Part shown: positions 35,233-43,583 of the stretch, piece by piece
How the letters are laid out: each line of letters opens with the position of its first letter
Position numbering within the stretch: the first letter of the stretch is position 1
Virus record (IMG/VR): IMGVR_UViG_3300025418_000011
DNA from: a virus
Strand: one strand, 5' to 3'
Length of the DNA: 64,000 nucleotides
Notes under the pieces: model-generated
The model's input: the letters and a program-made list of their open reading frames with translations, nothing else
What the model was told of the DNA's origin: nothing
The model's database searches: none
Made by a program: the position numbers and the translations under genes

Positions 35233-35920
35233 CGAAGATAATTTAGTTTGCCCCCCATTGGTAGGCTACACCTCTCCTTTTTTGAGAGAAATGCCTCAAC
35301 CGTACACTAATAAAAATTTAGTTTTAAATCCGTGGACGGTGCAGAATATTTGTTATGAAATGGCAGCTAATTACATGCTCTCTAATACCCCACAAAGTCA
35401 GGGGTTTGTATTTTCTCAAAAATTTGATAGAGACCCTAAAAAATCAGAAATATTTTTAGATATTGCATACAATTATAGAGATGACGTGGTACAAAAAAGA
35501 CCAGCTGTTTTTATAAGTAGAGGGGACGCAAGATACGATCATCCCACATTTAATCAGCAAATAGGCGGAAATTCAAAAGAGTCACAAAAAGAAAAATTAG
35601 CTATATTGCAAATGCCTGTACAAGTAACAGTGGTGGCCACTAATATAGGTTTTGCAGAGCAGTTCGCCCAGTATTTATCTAGGGTTTATTTAGATCATGC
35701 AGAAGAAATAAGGAGAGATTTCTTTTTAAGAAAATTTAGAATCGACTCTATGTCTAGCCCTTCTTTGTACTTAGAATCTAAAGAACACTATGCCGTAACA
35801 TTAAATTTATTCACGGCGTTCGATATGGGCTTTACAATTACGGGAGATCATTTAAAATTGAAAACAGTGAGCTTTACCGTGTTTACAAATTGTGCAGAAT
35901 CTCCACTTCTAAATCAATAA
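35225..35920 (+). CDS. tail terminator/completion protein
   Basis: Immediately upstream of sheath; QKRPAVFISRG motif; ATG 35225 preferred over TTG 35216. Confidence 0.65.
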   Translation: MSNEDNLVCPPLVGYTSPFLREMPQPYTNKNLVLNPWTVQNICYEMAANYMLSNTPQSQGFVFSQKFDRDPKKSEIFLDIAYNYRDDVVQKRPAVFISRGDARYDHPTFNQQIGGNSKESQKEKLAILQMPVQVTVVATNIGFAEQFAQYLSRVYLDHAEEIRRDFFLRKFRIDSMSSPSLYLESKEHYAVTLNLFTAFDMGFTITGDHLKLKTVSFTVFTNCAESPLLNQ

Positions 35921-35934
35921 GTGGGAAAATAATA

Positions 35935-35963
35935 TTGCAAGCAGTAGAAGATTAATCTAAAAT
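35935..35963 (+). promoter_or_regulatory. putative promoter
   Basis: TTGCAA-17 nt-TAAAAT. Confidence 0.5.
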
Positions 35964-35989
35964 TATAAATAACAATCCAGGAGAAAAAT

Positions 35990-38900
35990 ATGGCATACAT
36001 CGTACCAAAAGTATTAATTCAGCAGGAGTTCACCCAGATCCCTGTTTATACAACAAATCCGTTAGCGGCCTTCATTATCGGTCCTCAGTTCAATTTGGCT
36101 AGATATAACGTAGCCTCTGAGAAGCCGAATACCGAAGTTGTTCACCCCACAACACCTAGCTTAGGTAATGCATATCAGCCTGCTTCTACGGTGCTCTACG
36201 CCGTTCCTGGTGTGGTTGCTGGCACTTTTGTTGACTCTTCATATACCAAGGTATTTTTCGAAAACGTTGTAGCTACATATTTCCCGCTCGCAGCATTTAA
36301 TGTAGCGCCTCAGAGCAATCAAACAAAGGTGGGCCTTGTCACTGCCCCCTCCAGCAATAAATACCCAAACAGACTTAAGTGGAACCCACAGAATTCATAC
36401 TACAGCTCTTCCGCTCTTCAGTCCCAGTATGGATATACCCGCTCAACATATTTTTCAAACCGTGACGTACAGGTTGGGGACGTTGTCAGCATTATCGATG
36501 ACTCTGGAAATTCTTTAACTTCCCAAATCACTGGACTTATTCGCGACACATATAGAGAGAACTCCTCTCTTTCTGCCTCTGTAGGTTCTCCTGTTTTTTC
36601 GAGCACTTCAGGGTCTGTCGCTAATCCGGCTACAAACATATTCACAGACTCTACCGTTGTTTTCACTCAAGCGAATGTTGGCCAGTTTTTAACTGTGACC
36701 GCAGCTACCGCTCCTAGCGGTGAAACAGCGGCTATTGCTGGTACTACCTACCGAATAGTGGGCATCCAGAGTGTACACTCTGTTGTTCTTGACCGCGTCT
36801 TTGGAGAGCCTATCCCAGGAATCACCACAGGTTCTGGCATAACGTACCATATCAACGGTAATTTCGAAGATCCGTCTAATATCGGTATCAATAATATCCT
36901 CAACCCATCTAGCGCAACCTATGCCTGGGCAGGGGCAACCACAGCTCCATCGGCTCCCAACTTTACTGTTGCTGCTACATATTCAGCCACCTGGGTCGGC
37001 CATAAGGCACTCAGAATAATGGGTGACACCATTAAGGTGACTGTTGCCAGCGGTACTAATGTTTCCAACGCTACATTTAACGTTGTATCTTCCAATGGAG
37101 CTTTTGTGCCTGTTTCTGGTGTTGCCGCCACTGGCGTCGGCTCCGGAGGTACAGAGACCTGGACATTAGTGATCGATACTGATGATGCGGGCAATACAAT
37201 CACATTAACTTTCCCAAACAGCGCTTCGATTTCAAACGCTTTCTCGGTAGGCATGAGCTGGTCATTAACTTTCCAGGCTCCTACTGTGAATGCTGCCTAT
37301 ACAACCGCAGGAACATACACGGGTGTAAATAACACCGTGTATAAAATCACCGTTATTCGCGGCGGTAACTTCTACGATCCTTCACTCAATGGGGGAGCCG
37401 GTAACGCAAATACTTGCGCCCAGGTGGCTATCACAGCAGACAACGGTGACTCTAGCCCCGCCGTACTTGTTCCGCTTAACTCAGCCATCACAGTGGGTAA
37501 CTATGGTGTAGCTGCAACGTTTACCGCTGGTACCACTTCCGGTGCTGCCGGTTTAGTTGCTGGTGATATATACTACATCACCGCACAAGCCGCGTCGCTC
37601 GGAGCTGTTAACGTTATCCAAATTGCTGACAACTTACCTAGTGCAATTCTTAATGCCAGCAATCCAAATATCTACTTAACGCTCTCGTTAAATCAAGCGT
37701 CCACTCAGATTCCTCCAATTAAAAACTTAACTACCGGTACTCACAACTGGCAGTCTTTGGGAGGTAATGAGATTCAGATCAACAGTGGAGTGGTTACAAC
37801 TGATCCTGGTATCATTTTTGGCGGAGTTCCTCTCCCGCTTACAATCACTTCGGCCAATATTTATGTAGAACACAGAGACCTCACCACAGTGAACTCTGTT
37901 TCTATCGGTTCTGTAAATAACGAGGCGGACGTTACTAAGTATTTAGGTACAGTGCACCCCGACAATCCTCTCGCGCAGGGTGTTTATAACGCAGTGTTAA
38001 ACTCGAATGATGCTTCTGTTTACTATATCGGGCTTATATCTAATGACTTAGCCGGGTATAATTACGCTATCGGAGTGGCCCAGAAGAGTGATAAGGTTTA
38101 TGGATTCGTACCACTTACCTTTGATGAGGCTGTACAAGAAGCTGTAGTTTCCCACGTAAACGCCTATAGTACCCCTCAGGTGGGTCTCTGGCGCGTAGCC
38201 TGGTTGTCCATTCAAGACAAACACACCGCTGTACTGTACGGTCCCGGATCCATTCTGGATCAAGCCACAAACATGGCCAATCCTTCGTCGCCTACTGCTT
38301 GGGTAGGTACCATTACCGCGGACCCATTAGCTGCAAATACTCAAAATACGTTATTAACGGTATCTGGAGCTACATTCATCACCGACGGAATTCGCCCCGG
38401 CGATTCTATCCGCATGAATTTCTCCACGGATTCACAAGGAAATCAAACATATCAAGAATACGCCGTGGCCCAAGTCAGGAGCCAGACTACTCTCGTGATT
38501 GCTACACAATTACCGGCTCCTCTTGTTGCTCCTGTGTTGATAGAGATTATCCGCAATTACACTCTCGACGAGAGAGCTCAAAACCTCGCGGATATCGGAG
38601 GCAGCTACATGAATCGAAGAGTTCGTGTTGTTTTCCCTGACACTTATGGATTTAATGGTCAGCAGTATGATGGGTATTTCCTCGCGGCAGCCTTAGCCGG
38701 ATTACGCTCGGGTGTTGTACCTCACCAAGGGTTAACGAATACGCAGATCCTCGGTGCAGACGATCTCAGCAAGGTGGTCAACGTATATACTCAAGATCAG
38801 CTTAATGTGATGGCTGAAAGAGGCATCTGGTTGGTTACCCAGGAAATTGTTGGAGCTGTTCCTTATGTTCGTCATCAGCTCACCACAGATAGCACAAACT

Positions 38901-39223
38901 TAAACACCTCTGAAGATTCTATCACAACTAACGTGGATAGCATCAGCTATGGTCTTAAGTCCAGGCTCTCTCCATATATCGGTACGTACAATATCAATCC
39001 CGCAAACATCCAGGTCATCAGAGATGCAATCATCAATCAGATGAACTTCTACGCCACTCAGACCTACACGGTCAGGGCAGGAAATCAGCTCGTGAGCTTT
39101 ACACCCGCCACAGATATTCTTGAGATCCAGCAAGATCCTACATATCTCGACCGCATCGATGTGAAGCTTCAGCTCCATGTACCTTACCCACTCAATTACA
39201 TCAACTTAACACTCGTAGTATAA
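35990..39223 (+). CDS. contractile tail sheath protein with large inserted domains
   Basis: MAYIVPKVLIQQEF N-terminus; C-terminal AAALAGLRSG...HQGLTN, VRHQLTTD, IDVKLQLHVPYPLNYINLTLVV. Confidence 0.92.
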   Translation: MAYIVPKVLIQQEFTQIPVYTTNPLAAFIIGPQFNLARYNVASEKPNTEVVHPTTPSLGNAYQPASTVLYAVPGVVAGTFVDSSYTKVFFENVVATYFPLAAFNVAPQSNQTKVGLVTAPSSNKYPNRLKWNPQNSYYSSSALQSQYGYTRSTYFSNRDVQVGDVVSIIDDSGNSLTSQITGLIRDTYRENSSLSASVGSPVFSSTSGSVANPATNIFTDSTVVFTQANVGQFLTVTAATAPSGETAAIAGTTYRIVGIQSVHSVVLDRVFGEPIPGITTGSGITYHINGNFEDPSNIGINNILNPSSATYAWAGATTAPSAPNFTVAATYSATWVGHKALRIMGDTIKVTVASGTNVSNATFNVVSSNGAFVPVSGVAATGVGSGGTETWTLVIDTDDAGNTITLTFPNSASISNAFSVGMSWSLTFQAPTVNAAYTTAGTYTGVNNTVYKITVIRGGNFYDPSLNGGAGNANTCAQVAITADNGDSSPAVLVPLNSAITVGNYGVAATFTAGTTSGAAGLVAGDIYYITAQAASLGAVNVIQIADNLPSAILNASNPNIYLTLSLNQASTQIPPIKNLTTGTHNWQSLGGNEIQINSGVVTTDPGIIFGGVPLPLTITSANIYVEHRDLTTVNSVSIGSVNNEADVTKYLGTVHPDNPLAQGVYNAVLNSNDASVYYIGLISNDLAGYNYAIGVAQKSDKVYGFVPLTFDEAVQEAVVSHVNAYSTPQVGLWRVAWLSIQDKHTAVLYGPGSILDQATNMANPSSPTAWVGTITADPLAANTQNTLLTVSGATFITDGIRPGDSIRMNFSTDSQGNQTYQEYAVAQVRSQTTLVIATQLPAPLVAPVLIEIIRNYTLDERAQNLADIGGSYMNRRVRVVFPDTYGFNGQQYDGYFLAAALAGLRSGVVPHQGLTNTQILGADDLSKVVNVYTQDQLNVMAERGIWLVTQEIVGAVPYVRHQLTTDSTNLNTSEDSITTNVDSISYGLKSRLSPYIGTYNINPANIQVIRDAIINQMNFYATQTYTVRAGNQLVSFTPATDILEIQQDPTYLDRIDVKLQLHVPYPLNYINLTLVV

Positions 39224-39462
39224 TGGAGTTGGTTAAACAGGGATTTTTTGATCAAGCTCTAGAGATAGGTCTGTCTCAAGAAGAGGCAGACCATCTTTGG
39301 AAAAGAGCAAATACTTATCCTGGAACCTCCGAAGTATTTAAGAAATTAGACATATCTGGAAACGAAGAATCTCCAGCACATATAGCAGAAATTGCTAAAT
39401 TGATGGAGCAGGAGAAAATTCAACACCAAATACAAAAAACCAAATCACTACTAGGAATATAA
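39223..39462 (+). CDS. small protein with GF/KxA motifs
   Basis: VKQGFFDQALEIG...WKRAN. Confidence 0.65.
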   Translation: MELVKQGFFDQALEIGLSQEEADHLWKRANTYPGTSEVFKKLDISGNEESPAHIAEIAKLMEQEKIQHQIQKTKSLLGI

Positions 39463-39671
39463 TGAGAGTTGTAGTTACTGGCGATTTTAGAGAACCTCTA
39501 TTATTAGATACAGATAAAGCTACAGGGCTATTAATATATTCTGATGATGGAACTCCTAACGTTATATATAGAATTATAGGAGACGGCAAAGCTTGGATCA
39601 GATACACTAAGGGAGAAGATAAAAATTTTAACGATGTAGCTAGACAATTAGGATTAATTAATTTAAAATAA
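39462..39671 (+). CDS. hypothetical protein (69 aa)
   Basis: Coupled ORF. Confidence 0.65.
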   Translation: MRVVVTGDFREPLLLDTDKATGLLIYSDDGTPNVIYRIIGDGKAWIRYTKGEDKNFNDVARQLGLINLK

Positions 39672-39698
39672 TATAAACAATAAAGGGAGAAAACTACT

Positions 39699-40139
39699 AT
39701 GGCCGATTTATTTCAACGTCAAGATACAACAATCAAAACCCCAGTAACAGCAGATAATTGTATAATTACATGGGGTGGTGTAGTTGCCGCTGCTACTCAA
39801 GTACAAATCACGTATCAGCAGCAGATTCAGCGCCGCAGAACAATTGGAAATCAAAGCGCTATCATTTACGCCACTTACCCAGTGGGGCAAGTAACCATCG
39901 CCAGACTTATTGCAGACGGAGCCTCAGATATATTCAGTAGCGAGGGTTGGTCGGCCTGTACTCCGGGTACTTTAACTTTCGCGATGTCTGGAGGAAAGGG
40001 AAGTAATTGCGCCGCTGGTGGCTATAGCCTCACAGCTAAGGGAGCAATTGTTTCTAGCTACAATCTCACGGCTGAGGCAGAGGGACTTACAGTATTAGAT
40101 AATATCACGATTGAGTTCTTAGAGCTTTCTCAAGGTTAA
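39699..40139 (+). CDS. tail tube protein
   Basis: 146 aa after sheath, SD GGGAG, followed by terminator; beta-rich tube pattern. Confidence 0.85.
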   Translation: MADLFQRQDTTIKTPVTADNCIITWGGVVAAATQVQITYQQQIQRRRTIGNQSAIIYATYPVGQVTIARLIADGASDIFSSEGWSACTPGTLTFAMSGGKGSNCAAGGYSLTAKGAIVSSYNLTAEAEGLTVLDNITIEFLELSQG

Positions 40140-40156
40140 TAAAAATAATAAATCAT

Positions 40157-40201
40157 AATAAAAAGGCCTCACTGGTTAATTCTGGTGAGGCCTTTTTATT
40201 T
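40157..40201 (+). terminator. intrinsic terminator (bidirectional form)
   Basis: AATAAAAAGGCCTCAC...GTGAGGCCTTTTTATT. Confidence 0.9.
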
Positions 40202-40202
40202 C

Positions 40203-40230
40203 TTGCAATATAGAACAAGCAATCTATATT
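40203..40230 (+). promoter_or_regulatory. putative promoter
   Basis: TTGCAA-16 nt-TATATT. Confidence 0.5.
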
Positions 40231-40243
40231 AAATTAATCACAT

Positions 40244-42661
40244 ATGGATCTTAATACTCTTTTTTCAGATTTTAAACGCCAGCTACATACTGTACACAAC
40301 ACTAAAGGAAGCGAGATGTCGCTATTTACTGCCGTTGTAGTTACATCCACTGCAGCAACTTACACGGTGTCTGTTGTGCGCGAAAATAACATAACCCCAT
40401 TTTCTGATGGAGGAAACACAATTCAAGGTATAGCCATATCTTCTCACCTAGCTTCTTTCTTTGGTTTTAAAGATTGCGGTATACCACAACCAGGCAGTCG
40501 TGTGTTGTGTGCAGGCAGCGGATCTAATACTTGCTATATTATTGGAGTTATTCCACAAAATAATTTAAGCTCTGGATTTATACCTGGTAGGGTATCCGCA
40601 GGAGTTGGTTGCGCTAGTAATGATGATGCCAACAGAATAGGACACAAAGATAAACACCCCGTTATTCCTAATAATAGAAGACCTGCCGATGTTGTGGATG
40701 GTGAGTATGTTATTTCTAACGAATTTGGGGTTTTGTTGGGTTTATTTCAAACTCTAGCCACATTAAAAGCATCAGAGTTAGCTCAGGTACAATGTCACTT
40801 ATTAGATGACTTGGTAAGAATAGTTAGCCACAATTTCCAGCATTATACCGCCCTAGGAGAATATAATATTTGGCATGATGGAAAATCATTAATGGCAGAA
40901 TTCGGAGCAACCCATATACCAGCAGAATCATTGGGCAGGCCTTCTGTTTTATCCGACGCAGCAGGAGCTCCGGTTTTTTCAGAAACTTCTTCGAATACTC
41001 CAGACGATAAAGAAGATTTTTACAAGATTACAGAAAATGAAAGAATCAAGGCCATCGAGCGATTTAAGGTCTTTTTAGGAAGACTTGGTGACTTTTTACA
41101 TATATTTTTAGTAAAACCCGACGATGACGAAGTTAGATGTTTAGACCCAGAAAAAACACCACAAAAACCAGATACTGGATTATTTGATTTACATCTAGGT
41201 ACAGACGGAGGAGTACATATAAGAAGCTTAAAAGAGGTATTCATAGAAAAAACAAATTGGATACGTGTACCCCTGAGATATAGCGCCCCCGAAGACCAAA
41301 AAGGGGATGATGCCACAGGCATAGATTACGATAAAAAAGAAACTTTTGACTGGGATACTTCTCATATATACAAAGAAAATCCTTTGTCTTATTTTTTACA
41401 GATAAGAGACTACTTAGCTTATGTTAACGAAAAAACCTCTTATCAAAATTTCAAAAAGCACAAAAAAGACTTTTATGTTAATGACGATATTGCTAAAGAG
41501 AAAAGTTTATCAGAGATAACTAATGTAGACGAATCTACTGAATTAGACTTAAACGAATATAAATTACGGACTGCAGGCATATATTTAATGCCTAATGGGG
41601 GAATAACCATAAGAGATGCCTGGAATAGCGCCATTGTTTTAGAGGGAGGAAATGTTTATATTCAACCAGCCAAAGATTTAGTTTTACAGCCCTTGCGTAA
41701 TTTCATAGCAAAAGTAGGAGGATGGACAAGTATAGCAGGAAAAGAGGATATAGATATTTCCTCTACGGATAAAGGCTTTAGATTAAAAACAGAAAAATCA
41801 CAGTATTTTTATAGCGATAAGAGCGGAATAGTGGTTGAATCTAATTCTTCAACTCCTACCACTGGATCGCCAGACCCGGCAACAAAGGCAATCACTGATA
41901 TTGGAGGAATTGTACTTAAATCTAAGTTAGGTATTTATAATTATGCCGAAACAGAAATTTTAAATTACTCCAAAGATAGGATTCTTTTTCAGGCCGTAAA
42001 AGATTTCTTGATCCAGGGAGACGAATTGATTTCTATAAAATCTAAAAATAGTCAGATTATGCTGCAAGGGAAAACCATTGTGGCTGACGGTAAGGACTCC
42101 GCCTTATTTCTATCTTCAGCAGGCCTCGCGGCGTTTGCTGGAGATAGTGGTTCTGTTTTTGGTAAAAAGGACGAATATATTGGTGTTACTTATGATAAGA
42201 AGAGTTTCGTTGTGGATATTTTAAAGGGAGCATTAGATTTAAAAACAGTTAGTACACAAACTAATAAAGACTTTGATCAAATAAAGGAACCGATAAAATA
42301 TTCCATCTTTCAAGAAAATAAAAAGTTTACTGATCTTAAATTTAGATTTTTAGACTCAAAAGATTATTATGGTCTTCAAAAAGAGATAGATGCTATTCCT
42401 ACCACGATGGCGCAACAAGATGCAAAGTTGACGGAACTATATAATTTGACACCCTGGAAAGAAAAAGATGTAAATGATACAAAACCGTTTCCTGGAAAAG
42501 ATGATTATGATACTTTTTATCTTTCCGCCGAAGTATTTAAAAATCTAAAGAAGTCCCAATCCGGAGAAAAAGATAGTTATAGCTCAGCAACAGCGAAAAA
42601 AACCCCAGCTACGTTAAAATTATCTTCACTCGACGAATATAAAATACAATCCTATCAATAA
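40244..42661 (+). CDS. baseplate central spike-like protein (gp5/VgrG OB-fold N-terminus)
   Basis: PQPGSRVLC...YIIGVIP OB-fold pattern followed by beta-helix-like repeats. Confidence 0.6.
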   Translation: MDLNTLFSDFKRQLHTVHNTKGSEMSLFTAVVVTSTAATYTVSVVRENNITPFSDGGNTIQGIAISSHLASFFGFKDCGIPQPGSRVLCAGSGSNTCYIIGVIPQNNLSSGFIPGRVSAGVGCASNDDANRIGHKDKHPVIPNNRRPADVVDGEYVISNEFGVLLGLFQTLATLKASELAQVQCHLLDDLVRIVSHNFQHYTALGEYNIWHDGKSLMAEFGATHIPAESLGRPSVLSDAAGAPVFSETSSNTPDDKEDFYKITENERIKAIERFKVFLGRLGDFLHIFLVKPDDDEVRCLDPEKTPQKPDTGLFDLHLGTDGGVHIRSLKEVFIEKTNWIRVPLRYSAPEDQKGDDATGIDYDKKETFDWDTSHIYKENPLSYFLQIRDYLAYVNEKTSYQNFKKHKKDFYVNDDIAKEKSLSEITNVDESTELDLNEYKLRTAGIYLMPNGGITIRDAWNSAIVLEGGNVYIQPAKDLVLQPLRNFIAKVGGWTSIAGKEDIDISSTDKGFRLKTEKSQYFYSDKSGIVVESNSSTPTTGSPDPATKAITDIGGIVLKSKLGIYNYAETEILNYSKDRILFQAVKDFLIQGDELISIKSKNSQIMLQGKTIVADGKDSALFLSSAGLAAFAGDSGSVFGKKDEYIGVTYDKKSFVVDILKGALDLKTVSTQTNKDFDQIKEPIKYSIFQENKKFTDLKFRFLDSKDYYGLQKEIDAIPTTMAQQDAKLTELYNLTPWKEKDVNDTKPFPGKDDYDTFYLSAEVFKNLKKSQSGEKDSYSSATAKKTPATLKLSSLDEYKIQSYQ

Positions 42662-42664
42662 ACT

Positions 42665-43207
42665 ATGAACTCACAAGAAAACGAACAACCACAACAAGTC
42701 GAAACTTCCTCAATATTGGAAAACCCTACTAGCCCACAGAAAAATAAAGTCATGATTATATCAGACGAAGACAAAGAGGCTTTTTTTAAATCAGTACTAT
42801 CGGATCAACCATTTCAAGAAAAAATCAGTCTTTTTGACGACAGAATGACAATTACTTTAAGGACTATGACCGTTGAAGAAAACAATGATGTTATAGCCCA
42901 AATAAATAAAGATAAGGAGAATGAAATAGCCGAAAATAATGACGCTTATTTTATCACAATCTCTACGTATAGATTAGGTTTATGTTTAGTAGCTATAGAT
43001 GGTGAACCGTATAAAGCTATAGATAAAAATACATTTAAAGAAACCGAGAAGGGTGTTACATATATCAGAGCAAGAGCCAATGATATGCAAAAATGGCCTA
43101 CTTTCAAACTTTCTGCCTTTTTATCGGCCTTTAATGATTTTGAAGAAAAAGTGGTGAAGCTCACAAACGAGGTAAAGACTGAAAATTTTTGGACGGCCAG
43201 CGCGTAA
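42665..43207 (+). CDS. tail assembly chaperone (gpG-like)
   Basis: Upstream of tape measure gene; ends just after a slippery heptamer. Confidence 0.75.
   Translation: MNSQENEQPQQVETSSILENPTSPQKNKVMIISDEDKEAFFKSVLSDQPFQEKISLFDDRMTITLRTMTVEENNDVIAQINKDKENEIAENNDAYFITISTYRLGLCLVAIDGEPYKAIDKNTFKETEKGVTYIRARANDMQKWPTFKLSAFLSAFNDFEEKVVKLTNEVKTENFWTASA
43183..43189 (+). other. -1 programmed ribosomal frameshift site A-AAT-TTT
   Basis: X XXY YYZ heptamer in the correct frame; the -1 frame opens immediately after TGA 43180-43182. Confidence 0.8.
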
Positions 43208-43581
43208 AGTTTTTAACTACTGGTTATTTACGTGGCTGGCTTGATTTTAAATACCCGCAACGCCTATCAAGACTTAGGGAGGAAATAATTCTTCGCAACT
43301 TAGAGGAAGAGGTATATTTGGACCTTTTTAAAGAGAGATTGCAAAAGGATTACACTATCTTTGCGGGATTGTCCAGCAAGCCAGAAAAGTTGTTTAAGAG
43401 CCTAGACGAAGCCCACACAAAGTATATTGGATTGAAATTGCCAGAACTGGCTAAGGAGTTTAAAATTGAGGAGAAAAAAACCCTGCCGCCGCAAACACTT
43501 GTAGAAATGCGTAGTATTTTAGAGGCGGCTAAAAAGCAAATTTCAACTCAACCCCCGCCTGGCTCTTCTCCAGATAAATAA
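43189..43581 (+). CDS. tail assembly chaperone extension (gpT-like), probably made by frameshift
   Basis: -1 frame relative to 42665..43207, only a TTG start without SD. Confidence 0.75.
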   Translation: MDGQRVKFLTTGYLRGWLDFKYPQRLSRLREEIILRNLEEEVYLDLFKERLQKDYTIFAGLSSKPEKLFKSLDEAHTKYIGLKLPELAKEFKIEEKKTLPPQTLVEMRSILEAAKKQISTQPPPGSSPDK

Positions 43582-43583
43582 AA

